Source: Orbicella franksi (taxonomy: Eukaryota). Taken from it: 64,000 nt of DNA. Both the position numbers and the translations under genes were made by a program. The notes under the pieces were generated by a model, which saw only the letters and a program-made list of their open reading frames with translations, was not told the DNA's origin and did no database searches. Positions 26,024 through 39,472 of the stretch are shown piece by piece. The stretch is taken from positions 2,046,001 through 2,110,000 of the forward strand of contig OZ116699.1 in NCBI GenBank assembly GCA_964199315.1, in the 5' to 3' direction. Position 1 is the stretch's first letter, and each line of letters opens with the position of its first letter.

Positions 26024-27587
26024 ACTGTGCGTTCGTCAGCGTCATACAGAACAATACTGCTGGGGCAAGCAGTGTCATGCTTTAAGAGGACAACTAGACT
26101 TGCTGAGAGACTGATAAACTATAACCACGATGTTTGACAGAAAGTAAATAATAGTTGCGCTTTGCTTTAATTTACTGATTCGAAATGTTCTCGAGGAGCA
26201 ATTGCACCATACATTAAGTACGTTTTCTGCGTGCTACTTTGTCTTCAGACCAAAAACATGTCGCGGAAAATAATGGAGACGAAAAAAGAAGTGAAGGAGT
26301 CAGAAAAGTGCCACGAAAATAATTATAAACCTAAAATGAAAGAGTATGATTTAGGCTGGGGGAGACTGGGGGAGACCAGTTAGTCGGATTAGGTAGGCGG
26401 CAAGTTTGGAAAGCATCAACAACCAAAACACAACTAGAATGTTTGAAGACTCGCCATTCATGACGTCACCAAGCTCTTTTTTAATCTTAGAGTGTTTCGT
26501 CGCAATTAGCACGGACATCTGCATTAAATCTTGTGAAATCTATCAATTCAAGGCAATGAGTTTCTAGCACATGGACATTTTTACCGATGCCACAAAATAT
26601 AAACAATTTTTCGTATTTTTCAAATAAGCCAAAAACCACCTTCATAGTTCAATTTATCATGCCCAATTTACAAAAGACACGAAGTTTGATAAGAATTCGT
26701 TGCAAATTTACAAAAATATGGGACGCCAAACTTACAAAGAAATGTATGCCAAGGGGCAACACGTGCCCCGTGGCACACCTTTCTTTTCTTTTTCTTGATA
26801 AATCGAGTGGTGTAGTTTATTTTCTGAATGAAAATAAAAAAAGCGGAGAAAAATGACATCGGTAATAAGGTCCATTGCTTTTCTACAACAGCCTGTGAAC
26901 AGGCTCGTCGCTCATCAATGCTTAACATTAGATATACAAGTTATGAGGTAGCACGAAACAGGCCGAGTGCTAGTTATCAGTAGGTTTTGGCAAATATTCA
27001 CTGACTAACATTAAATGTTACGAAGTACCAAGCAAGGGATATGCCACCTTCTAAAACTTTTATACAACATTAATACTACCATAATGGTACTCAGTACAGT
27101 GGCTGTGCCATCTTTGGGTATTCGCTAACCAATAACCCTGGATTTAAAAATTCACCCCTTTTTTCCACTTCGTTTGGAAAACTATATAAATTCAAGGGGC
27201 ATTTCAAGGAGTTTACAACATAAACAAACGTTTTTTTAGAAGAGACAATCAACTTGATTGTCGACTAATGCCATTTTTATGCTTATTAAAGTTTTCGAGG
27301 GATGAAATAAGGTTTTGTGACATTTGCAGTTAATTGAAGAGTGAGGAAAAATAGCGGCTTATAAAACATTTATAGTTGCAGGGCAGTTATTTTTTTAATA
27401 TTTAAACAAGTTGCTAACTTTGCAACTTTTGACCTGATAGCATTGAACTAAGAAAATTGAAAATGGAACGGAATTACGTTGGACAGTACTTAAACATATG
27501 AAAAACTAAAAGGAAGAAAGTAGAAATTAAAAGGTCATTTTGGAGTGAAGTTATTAGCAAAAGAACAAGAATTAGTTGTAGCCTTCA

Positions 27588-27811
27588 GGGCCGGGTTGTT
27601 CAAAACCCGATAAAGCTAAACCAGCATTGGCGAGAATTTTGATTTGAGTTTTGCAACTTGTTGACAGTTTATATTTTTTGTCTATTTGTTTTGAGTTTGA
27701 ATAATCTCAAACTACACAAGCCATTAGCAGTGAAAAACATTTTTGTACAAGAAAAGTTAATACTTTAGTTATCCTGGGTTAGCGTTAACCGACTTTCGAA
27801 CAACCCGGCCC
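27588..27811. mobile_element. MITE with terminal inverted repeats between genes 2 and 3
   Basis: GGGCCGGGTTGTTC(A)AAA / TTTCGAACAACCCGGCCC termini. Confidence 0.75.
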
Positions 27812-29072
27812 AGATTTCTTTCTAGTTTTCCGCTAGTCTTACAGTTTAAATTGTAACAGATTTTGTTTTAACATTTTAAGCCCTTTTGTAGACTCTGGAG
27901 AACTATAACCTTTTCTACAAGTCTGGAATTGACTAAGAGAATCAACAATATACTCTTGCAAGGAAATTTGAGGTTTCTTTATTGCATTTATAGCTGTTAT
28001 AAAGAATTGAAGCATATATAGTATAAGTAAATGTAACCTTAAATTGATAAAGATAATAGGACCTTTATGTTTTCAGTACAATCAACAATAAAGGTCATTT
28101 ATTCTCTATAACCTAAGCTTTGATATGATCTTTTTCTGTATTTACGACTTATAAGTGAATATTTTTACCCATAATTACTTTACAATAACGTACATTTTAC
28201 AAATGTGACCGATTTTCAAAAAGGAAACAATTTCTTTTTCATTTTTCATTTTTGAAACTTGCTGTTGCTCTGCTGTTTTTACGGCCGTTTGTAACCGATT
28301 TTCTAAGGAAATCATGCGCGTTGCTGGTTGTTTTCTATGTTCAAGGAACGCAAGCTTTGCAAGCCAAGGCAAAATAGTAATGAAAGTCAAACCCCCCTCC
28401 CCCCCAGTCCCCAACATTTACACCATGCTCTACTTGTATGTAACTCATCTAACTGGAATACCCAGATAAAGGAAATTTTTGGAACATTTTATTGCCCTGC
28501 AGTCACTGTATATAGCTCTGACAACTACCGATCGCGATTTTTTCTCAAGGCCTTTGGTCATGTCAATCGGCTAAGATATCATCTTTAACGTATGGATAAT
28601 TGAAGGCAAACAAATTTATAACAATGGATACTATGTTTTAACAATATACAGCTAGGATAATATAATGTTAAACCGTATTTTATCTAGCAAATTGGCATTT
28701 TTTATAACTTTTTCTTAAGTTAAATCTGCATCGGATTTAAATACTTCACAATTTATGGTGCAAAGAAAGATCTCTCCAAAGACGTTACAAACAAGTGGTA
28801 TTGTCATAGACTAAAAGAGAAATTCAGAGCTTAAACTTGAGAAAAGTTGAAATTTCCTTGCAGCACAGCTCAGGAAAAACTGCCTTCTGTTCGAAATTAA
28901 AAGCCTTATTTCCTCCGTGTAACAAGCAGTTTAAGTACAACTTGTACAGCACAACCTGGCGTTTTACACCTAGTACCGACAAGTTAAAAGTTTTATGTGT
29001 ATCGGAAAGTTCTGAGACTTCCTTTCTGTTAGCTTCTCTGTTTCCTTTAATAAAAAGACAGATATGCAAAAT

Positions 29073-32000
29073 CTAGTATACCAGAGACTGTAGAAAATTA
29101 GAAGGTCCCCATCCAAGTTCCTCTGATGTTCGTACGAGCCACCAGCCATTCTCGCTTTTCTGGATCACTTCTACTTCATCTCCCTCATTGAAGGTAACTT
29201 CACCATCGTCTTGAGAGATGTAAGTGTGCATTGCTCTGTACAGCCTCGAGTTAACGATATTTTCCTCGTTCTCTATCTCCGAACTGGATTCTCTGGGAGA
29301 CATCTTAGAGGGGGATATAGATCCAGAATCGCGACCTTTTGGAGGTGAACCTGCCAATGGGCTCCTTCTGTTTGTGGAAATCTTTCTTTTTGAAGGAATA
29401 GGGCTGCTTCTGCCCGAACTAGATTTTTTACCTGTCGAGGAGATGCCATTCAAGCTCAACTCCATTTCATTCTTGTAGTGTTCCATAGAGGTGACAGATT
29501 TTGAGCGAGGCATCCCTGGAGAGGGTTGCGACACTGGCATGTTGTCTTCAATATTGTCAAACCGAGGAAGTGTTGCACACTTCTTGATGCCATTAGTAGA
29601 CTGTTCCTCGGCGAAAACATCAGACGACACAAGGGACGAAAGGCTTCCATTTGGAGAGCTTTCATACCCACTACTTGAAATGGAGAATTGACGAGATTGG
29701 GATGGGTTGTCCAATTCTCCTTGACTAAACTCGCTGGATCGGGGCCGCCGGGGCGAGGATCTTGGCGAGGACAAACCTTTGGAGCGGGGTGAAAGCTTCC
29801 TATTCACGGGCGGGGTATACACTGGCGCTGGTACTGAAATTGATCGGCTGTTTTTCGCGACGGGGTTGTCGCTGGTCTTACTTTCGCCATTTTCTCCCTC
29901 TGATATTGCATTAAGTTCAATGGAGTTTCGCTTTGGTTTTTTTCGAATTGTTCTTTGAACCTTTAAATAATAAAAGGAAAGAAAGCCAGATAAGTTTCCA
30001 AAATTATGAAGTGGCACACTAAGACGTTAAGGTCAAATGGACTTGCATGTTGAGACATTATTTCCATCATAATCTTTGGTGGCTCACAATGCTTTTTAGT
30101 CTTACATCAATAGGGTTCATTAATAACTTTCATCGTAGGTTTGTAGGGTTTCCAGGACATTTCAATTCCCCGTATTTAACAGCCTATTCCAGCTAGGAAG
30201 AGCCACTTTGAACTTATGGAAAATAAGGTAACTCTGTATCTTGCCAGCACATGAAGAATTCATTGATTACGATTACATTTCTATTTTCGCAAATAAGGAG
30301 TTCAATACACAAACGTAATGGAACGTTAAGGCACACTGAGAACTTTAACAAATGTAAAAGGGTTAGGACAAGCTCACGAGAACTCACCATGCTTCGCCTT
30401 GTAGGAGGTGTGCGTGAGAACCCATTGCTATCGCCATCTTCAGAATCTGCGAAGAGGAAAACAATCATCAGTTTTCAAATAGATCATCCTTCGTGTAACG
30501 TTCTTGTTACTACTGAGTACTTTAACGATATCCTGCCAAGAAAAATTGCAGCTCTTGGGAGATTAAAATGAACAAATCCTCTACCTCAAAAGAATAGTTG
30601 CAAGCTACTGTGTTACATAGCTGCTATACGAAATTGCAAACAAGGAAATTAAATTTTACATAACGTAAATGGGTGTTGTTTGACTTTGCAAATCAGCTTT
30701 TACTCTATTCAAACCAGCGACCCATTTTTACTGATGAGCAGCCTGCTGATCTCTCAAATCATTCGTCCTATACATATGTACAACAATTCGAGGAAGCTCA
30801 ACCAACATTATGACATGTATTCAGTCAACAGTAGCGTACCTCCATTGAAAGAAACAATATCCAATGTATCCATTTTTCTGGACGTTGAAGTAGAAGACTC
30901 ATCAGAATCAACTCTTTTTAGGAACATGGCAGGAGCCCAGCCTTCATCTCCTTGATACCTGGTGAAATAATGTTAATAATGTATGAGCATGCGCCCTGTC
31001 ATCTAAGAAACTTACCATGAAAATTTGACATAAATATAAAAGTTAAAAAGCGCGTTGGAACCTTTAAAAAAATTCTATTCCGACAGTAATAAGAACAACA
31101 CTAACAAACGACAAGCAAAAACAAAAATAAACAGACAACAACAAACGCGACAAGCAACAACAGCTGCAACAATATAGATGAAAGTTATCTTAAGCTTTGG
31201 ATTCTTTTGTTTACCTTACAAGCCACCATCCATCTAAAGTCTTCTCCACCACTTTAAGCATAACGTCAGCATCAAAAGACAGCTCATCGTCAGCTTGAGC
31301 TTGATAGCTTTTTATGGAGATGTATATCTCCTCTGTTGAATTAAAACAGACAATAAATCATCTCTTCATTCCAGGCAGGTTGGTGGAGGCCTAACTCTGG
31401 ATTTTGATATGGAGCGACACATTTGGGTGAAAGTAGTTGGACAGTATTTCAAGTACGCTACCAAATATTTTCCTTGAGTTGTTTACTCTGTGATTCCAAT
31501 TGGCATTATTAAATGGAAGCTCACCTTTTCCAGGTGCAAAGACTTTTGATGTGGTGACTTCCGATCCGTCGTCTGATGGCTCAAGATGAGAAGCTGGAGC
31601 CCAACCCAACTCTCCTTCCCGGTCAACAAGCCACCAGCCTTACAGAGAAAAAATAGCACGAGAAATTAAAAAATTGAAGGGAATAATCATTTTTACTAGA
31701 CAATCAACAAACTAATCCTGGCGATGCAACTCTGAACACATGGAGGAAATTATTAATTCATCGGAGAATATCAATGACCTTCGACAGACTTCTATACGTA
31801 AAAGGCACTTAGCCCTTCAAATAATTCAAGAAATGAATACTTTACCATAGTCGTTCCTTTCGATGACGTCAACAAGGTCACCAGCTGTCAGGGAAATATC
31901 ATTCTTGTTTTTCTTCTGGTAGTCAGCTGTCACTACGTATTGCTCAAACACTACTGGCCCAGAGATCTGCACATTGTCATCATCGTCATCTACAATAAGA

Positions 32001-34541
32001 ATATGAAGATTTAGTTTCCATTTTACAAAGAAAGAATTTCAAATAAAAAATATTTGAATACGCCAACAAGTCAGATGAAAAATCAGCTTAGTAGACTTAC
32101 TCTCTGCAATCTTCCCGTCCGTCTTTGCAGACCTGAGAGCGAAAAAAGAAAATGGAAAAAATGTCATATAAAAAGAGTATTTGAAGAACCATTTTAAAAC
32201 GACAGTGAAGAATGTGCATAATAATGACAATAAGCCATTTGCAATTTTGCAAAATGAAATCAGATCCTTTTAACAATTCCTTCCTCTTTCATGTAACATA
32301 TATAGGGACATTCAGAATTAAGTCCATGATCATGAAAAGATTTTTGTTTTAGACAATTTTTATTACTCACTCTCCATGAGGATGGACATCACTGGCACGA
32401 GACCTGCAGAAGTCCATAACAACTTTGCTTTTTGAGATGTTGTCAGGTGCATTGATTAGTTCCTGAAAACAAAATAAAAAGACTTAGAGAAACCCATGCC
32501 TTGTTACCTTGACAACTTTCTGTGCTGGCGCCTTTTTTTCTTTAATGCACTTCTCTTTAGCAGTTGGACTAAATCTTGCAACAATAACCTCACATCATTA
32601 TTACTTACGTGGCAAAATTGGTTCATAAACTTCTGGCGCTTGCATTTTCCGTCTTTGAAACAAAACTGACAGTTTTCAGAAAATTTTCGTCCTAGGGAAA
32701 AAAATAAATACAAATTTTGAATAACGACTAGGCAGTGTTGATTGCTCTTGAAAGAGAAAGAACTGATAAAATATGATTGAGTGCTATTTTTTGGAACATT
32801 TTGTTACCTTTGAGTGCAGGGATTTCCTTTCCAATGGCGGATGGAAATTCCTTTCTGAGGTTTTCCTAGAAAACCAAAACAGAGACTTTCAAAAACCTTA
32901 TTTTGTGTAAAGTGCTACAAAAAAACCATCTCCCATGATGACTCTTTACTATGATGATGCACTTGTATTTCAGTCTTTTGTTAAGCTAATGTTGCTTTTT
33001 GAACAAACGAACGAACAAAAAATCAAACAAAAAACATACAAACAAAGACAAACAAACTTTTCAGTTTTAAAATTAACTCATTATCTTCTCAAGTTTTAAG
33101 TTTGTCCTAAATAAATTGTTGTGTTGTGAATGACGCTCTGCTCAAAGCTTAACTAGCAGTAATAACTGTTTTAATGACTGACCCTGGAGAACTGGTACAC
33201 CGACTAAGAGGAATCACCTCTTGACAAATTACAAACGACTTATTTATGACATAAACAGAGCCGAAGGACGGACTTCGAACATAATGATCGATGCCTTACT
33301 TATAAAATAAGTTCTCCCCGCCCTTATTGACGCCATATGCACGTGCAAATCACACGATCATGACACAACAGATTGCCCTTACGGGTGATTGCTAATAAAG
33401 GATGACATTGCAAAATTCGGTACTTGAGATAATGAGACATTTAACCCGCAAACTGGGGAACACATTGAATGCGTTGGGTGGAAACACGCATCGCCGTTAT
33501 ATTGATCTGTTTTCAGCGAACAAAAGACCGCAATCAACACAAGTGGAATATTTGTTTTTAACTTGTAAAGACCTCATATGTTGCAATATCCTTAATGACT
33601 CAGCCTACAATACAATGACGTCAATGTGCGTGACAAAGAAACCGCGCCAATGGAAACTCAATGAGAATTGTTCAATTGGCATTATCTTAATTTTCATGGT
33701 TTTTACCTGAAGGAAAAAAAAATCACTGCATGTCCTGTAGATGATGTTAATATTTCCATCTGACCACACCACTTTGAGAATATAAACCTGAAGAAGAGAG
33801 AATTAAAAGCACATGTATAAGAAATTGGGCAATTTCTGGCATAAAAACGTTACGTTTAGTCAAGTAACATGTTACGAAATTAACTGATAAATACAATAAT
33901 TTGAGATACAATAGAGAACCTTGATAGCTGCTATCACGAACACAAAATATGTACTACACACATACACGGGTTGTGTTTTCTTAAGTAGTTCTCTTCTACT
34001 TAAATTGTTTCATTTAATTGAGGGCATAAACCAAGACAACTATGATCTTACGAATTTAGTATTTTTTAGAGAAAATGTTTGAAAACTGAAATTTTAGTAC
34101 CGCCTGTTTTCGAAGTTTCCTGCCAGCTTTTCTCAATGTTCAAATGTAAATTGAAACTTTTCTATCTTAATCATCAATAACTCGTAAAACATAGCGAGAG
34201 ACAGAACAAAACGACGGGGAATTAAATATATTTCGATATATGAATCAAAACGACTTTTAAATGTCTTCTTTTAAATTATGCTTTATTTTGTTTTATTATT
34301 CGCTAAGTAAGAACTTAATTATCAAGTATTTTGAGAATTTTTTTTGGTCTAAGATGTCACTGGTCATGTAAGATATACATCACATTGCAACGAATCGAAT
34401 CTCAAAAGCCTTTAAGCGATGTCTGAAGTGTTATATTTTGATTAGTCAAGCGAGATCTATCAGTTTACTTACATAGTTTTTATCGGGATTCTTCCTCTTT
34501 TGAATTCCTTCTACCGTTAGGAACTTGGGTCGTCGGTTCAT
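29073..34541 (-). CDS. SH3PXD2-like: Gene 3: PX + 3 SH3 adaptor (p47phox/Tks family), ~618 aa from the ATG at 34541; may instead be the 3' half of a fusion with gene 4
   Basis: Minus-strand exons 34473-34541 (MNRRPKFLTVEGIQKRKNPDKNY), 33707-33787 (VYILKVVWSDGNINIIYRTCSDFFFLQ), 32808-32865, 32609-32691, 32371-32462, 32101-32132, 31846-31989, 31525-31638, 31215-31332, 30840-30958, 30388-30446, 29073-29960. Sum 1857 nt, phases consistent. Tandem SH3 GWW motifs and a C-terminal SH3 (ENGWWLV...GWGPSNFL). Confidence 0.88.
33145..33290 (+). mobile_element. Penelope-like element relic (3' end of the ORF, GIY-YIG side) in a gene 3 intron
   Basis: A broken frame gives ...LTLENWYTD*EESPLD... and YKRLIYDINR, resembling the LESWxTNLEQTPLN...YKRL C-terminus I recall for cnidarian Penelope elements. 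Confidence 0.45.
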
Positions 34542-35701
34542 TTCGGTTGTTATCGTCTGAGCTCCTCTTGCAACGTCTCGATCCACAGTCTGTGAAAAGG
34601 AAAATGGCAGAGTCCGTCTTATATGATGTCGTCTAAGCTTCCTTGATCGATTTAAACCGCAGCCCACTCCATGGAAGGAAATGGCGTCAGTCCAGTTACG
34701 TATATTCCTCTCTCGGTGTTATAATTAAATGCTTACTTATTTTCGTTTTGTTTGTTTTCATGATGGTGGCAACCGTTGCCAATCATAAAACTGGCCGTTC
34801 AAAGTCAGGAAATTTTCAGTTTTGTGCCAGATAACTGGAACAGTTTGACTTAATCCATTTGACCAGTTAAGTGGTTTTCGAAAACATCCTAACAAAACAC
34901 GTTGCTGACCTTTGAAGGAAATAGCATTTTAAAGCATAATTATTACATTAACCTTTAAGAAGATTTTTTAATCGTCTTGGCGTTAGCCTATTTGTTCATT
35001 CACCCAGAAAAACGATTTCTAAATGCATTCCCCCTTTTAGTGAAACAGTCATGAAAGTTTGGGACAAGGTTTCTAGTCTGACATAGAATGTATTTTGGCA
35101 TTTTGGTAATTTTTTTATTTAAAACAACTGTCATATCATATTGATCGGTTGCGGTCACGATTATTTTTTGATGACATACCTAAATATATAAATTCTCTAA
35201 TATCAGCTAGAAGAATCATTTGTAGTAAAATATATAAGGTGCTTGTGTCTAAGTCGAGCTTCTACAGATGAGAACAATTCGGTGATTAGAATCTGTAGCA
35301 TTCATTCAAAAGATTCGAACACTTCGGCAATCCCTAGTCTTGTGCCTTTGTAATTATTTTAATAATGAATAACACAAAAGAATGCATGCTCTCGTACAAT
35401 ATTAAGCTCGGTATCTTTCAAAGGACATTAAGAATCAGCCCCCCTTGGAAAGACAATAGCCTTTCCGGTGACTAAGCATATGTTTTTATCCTTTTTGTTG
35501 GAATTAACCCACCACACACACTCACGTGTCTTGCTTTTCACCAATAGATGAAAGAGCTTTTGAAGTTGGTTTTGCAAACAATAACAATGAAATTAAAATA
35601 AGAAAAAAGAAAAAATTCGATCCCGTGTCGTAAAGGAAACAATTGTTACGAAGTGCTTAAACCTTCTCGATCTGGCTGTTCTAGATTCAATGTTAGCAAT
35701 C

Positions 35702-38700
35702 CTACATGTACCAAATAAGCAATTTTAAGTCAAATCTGTCACTAATGAAAATAATAGCTACCTTCTCTGTTCTTGGAGGGACGAATTTTCTTTCCTTCAC
35801 GCCTTCCTCTTTGGGACAGGTTTCCAAATTTTCTTTGATTTGGCAAGACTCTTCCTGGCCGTCTGAAACTTGCGGCTCATTTGGCGTCTCTGGAGATGGG
35901 GACCTGGATCTGGCAGGTGCTAGAAAAGCACTTGGTGCCCACCCCTCACAGAAATCATTCTTGACGTACCACCAACCGCTAGACTCCTTCTGTAGCACTT
36001 CAACCTCCTCGCCTTCCTCCACCGACACCTCACCGCTTTCTTCGGCAAAGAATGACGAAATAACGACATACTTAGCCTTATTGGGGGTCATTCTCGCCAG
36101 GCTGTTTCTTGCACTAGATTGAGTTGAGATCTTCCTGGAGCGAGTCTCCTCCACCTCGGAGTACTCAGAGTCGATGGCTGAACTCTCCGTCTGTGCTGAA
36201 AGACTCTCATCTCCATCACTCTCAGACTGTTGTTGGCTTAACTCTTGTTCAGGCTTCTCTTCGTTCAACATCTTTTCGGTTTGCTTGCCCAAGTCAGCGA
36301 TACCGACAGCAACACTGAATGGTCTCCTCCTTAAACCTGGCCTCTGAGGTGCCACTTTTTTGTCTAAGTCGTCATCAGTGACTGAAGTCGCTCTCGGCTT
36401 ACCAGGAATCATTGGGATGTCTTTACTTGGCCGTCGTTCATTCAACCTGTTCAGCTTGTGGTAAAGATGATCTCTTGCTTCCTCGCTGAGGACGTGCAGG
36501 TCCTCTGGAATCCAGGCCGAACTATACTTTGGCTTTCGCTTTACCAATGGACTTTGTTGAGGTATATCTCTGAGCGGATCTCGACCTAAAGAAAAGAGTT
36601 TTATTCGGAATCAAAATGATTTTAGATTTTTCCTTTGCACAAGAAAGTTTAATCCTTGATTTGCTTTTAAATCTGTCAAAAATCTAGTTTGATGAGTTCT
36701 TGTTTAGAGAGTTACTAGCAGTGCAATGCTGCTTACTTTTATTCTCCTTCAAGGTAGAAAAATGTATGTTTTGTCTTTTGTTATTATTGTTTGAAGTATT
36801 TTTTCCCTTACCACTTAACATTTCGGCCACTTTAGTGACTTTTTTCAGTTTTTCTTCCTCGGAGGACCTGCAGGGAAAGAATTCAGGTCAGCGCCTTATA
36901 GTTTAGATGAATTTAAAAACTTGGCGGCACTTAATAGTCTTACCTTTCAATGGTTCCATTTTGTCCATTCAAAGCACCGAAAAAATCCATTACAATTTCA
37001 GACTTTCGCACCATAGCCGGAAGAGTTAACAGTTCCTGTAATTAAAAAAAAATCCAAATTAGTATTTAGTTTGTGGAATTTGCATTGTGAGCTGTAAGAT
37101 AACAGCTTTTGCCACCTGAATACTAAGATTGTTTAAGTCTCAAGAAAATACCTTGATAAACTCATCCATTCTTGCCATCTTTTTCAAATCGCTGTCTTTA
37201 AAGAGAATGCGGGATAGTGCCGAGTTGTTTTCTGCAAAGTAAACTCTTCTGATCAGTTAATGAATTCAAAGCTCACCAGGTAGGTCTTGACATTACCTAA
37301 GATTGTCATGCAGAGCATGTTACATCGATAAAAAGTCACTCAAACTTCAATCATAGCTGTACACTTCCAGCTTTCTCGATTGGAGACTGACGAATTCCTG
37401 TCATAATTTGACCATTAAAATGTAAGTAATTGACTATTATATGAATAATATATAAATTATGTAGTCTTTCATACTGTTCGTTGCTGAAAAGAACTGAATT
37501 TTTTTGAGAACATCCTTGTCAGACATCCACCTAATTAATGAGGATTTTAGAACCTCGATCAGGGACACTAAACATCGATAAACAATGAGTTATAGAGGGC
37601 GAAGTCGTTTTGTATGATCAAGTGTTCTGAAATAACGTACCTGGCAAGCTGGAAATAAGAGTTCTTGAAGTCTTTCTGGAATAGCCACCCTTTTGCTTGA
37701 GTAACTCGTAAATCTTAACCTAAGGTTGATAGAAAATATGAGTTTCTGTTCTTTTCTTTAACTTACGGGAGCCATGTCACGATTTTAGCATCTTGAAAAT
37801 CTTAGCCTACATGTAAATCTACTTTGCCTAACGTTTGTCTTTTGCAGTCACTCTTAAACCTCTCTATCCTTGACCATCTTCAGTGCTCGTTCGTTTTTGT
37901 TTATTCAACCTCCCCCCTTTTGTCGTTTTTCTTCCTTAGCAAGCTACCATTTCGACAGTTTTTTTTAATTCGAAGATGTCTCCAAAATGACTCAAACTAT
38001 TCCGTCATTCTAAACTGGGTAAGACTATCGAGACATGGTCATTATTACAGGGGACCGAGGAAGTAACATCAAGTTGGTTATAAATATCATACGATGTTTT
38101 TCCTGTAGAATCTTTTTTCAGCTATAAATGTTTATCCTTTCTCCTTTATTGCAATGCACGTCATCCAATATAGTGAGCTGAAACGGGCTGACACTAACAC
38201 CGTATGCTATAACTAGTGTCTCGATCTATCCGCTTGACGCAGACAGGGCGGAGCTTTCTTATCAACCTGCCACGCCATATTAAATCTTGTCTTCCTCTGT
38301 TTCTTGGAACATTTTACGGAATGTTTATTTAAGCAGAAACAACGATGATCACAGAAGTAGCTCCAAGGCCAAAATTTAAAATATTTAGTTCCATGCAAAG
38401 GAATTTGTTTGCCCTTAATCGTTGTAACAATGAGCCCAGCTTTGCTGTGGGCTATTTTGTCAACAAGACAATTGAACAGGAACAAACTTCTAAATTAATC
38501 TCATCGGAAAACTTACTTGTAAGTCAACAAATTCCTCATATTTCTTTCGAAGTACAGACTTGCTGCCGTCGCCATAAACAACGGTAATCTTGTAGGTCTG
38601 TAAGATTTAACGAAAGTTAAAAGTTAATTAATAGTTTACTTGCTTTCAAGAATAGCCTTCACTGTATTTGTTATGTTACCGTTTCAGTTCATCAACGAAG

Positions 38701-39472
38701 CAGTGCTAAGACAGTCCTATTGTTACCAAATCCACGTGTAACTCCGCAGGTGTGCATGTGATATGCGGAACAAATGATGGTCAAAAGTCAATCCTTAACT
38801 CGCACCCATTCTACACTGACTATGAAATTGGCATCGCAGCTCAAAAGAAAATCCACCATTCGAAAACTTTGAAAACGTGCTAGAGACTACGAGATGTCAG
38901 TAATTCTATGACAATTTTCCAAATTTCAGCTCATCGGCACCCTTCAAATTCAAACGCTGACATATTTACATACTTTAAGTATTTCAGAAATATTTTTCTT
39001 TCCTCATCCGGTTTTCCTTGCGTATAACAATATCGCTTGCAGGCATTTCAGAAATGCTCGATGGATTTGGCCACAAACTGGTCTATAAATATAATCGACT
39101 TCCTCTCGCCGGCACTCTTTGGAGTGTACGAAATTAAGAATGTTTTCCAGTGGATTAAAACCAAGGCTAGACTCTTACTTTTATAACACCACAACCAAAG
39201 TTGTTTTTCTTTAGTGTTAAATGTTTTTGCATGACTTTCCTTTGGTGTTGTGTTTGATTTGTAATCCCCCATTATAAACATCCAATACGGCACGCCAGCA
39301 ACAGAAACACTTTGGAAACAGTTGCATCAATTTATTGCCGTATTCTCACACACAGTGATCTGAAGCGAGGTAGTAAATAAAGAAAATATTGACAACTAAC
39401 CTCAGGGTCTTTTTCATCTTTTGGAGTCACTGTTCCACTTACAGAGGCACGCAGAACTGATTTTCCCTCCAT
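35702..39472 (-). CDS. Gene 4: divergent PX + single SH3 protein (~445 aa if it reads to the stop at 35702; otherwise spliced at 35762 into gene 3)
   Basis: Minus-strand exons 39401-39472 (MEGKSVLRASVSGTVTPKDEKDPE, 72 nt), 38517-38597 (TYKITVVYGDGSKSVLRKKYEEFVDLQ, 81 nt), 37641-37713, 37152-37231, 36944-37035 (ELLTLPAMVRKSEIVMDFF, 92 nt), 36812-36867, 35762(or 35702)-36585 containing an SH3 (YVVISSFFAEESGEVSVEEGEEVEVLQKESSGWWYV...GWAPSAFL). Intron positions and phases match the PX exons of genes 2 and 3. Confidence 0.8.
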
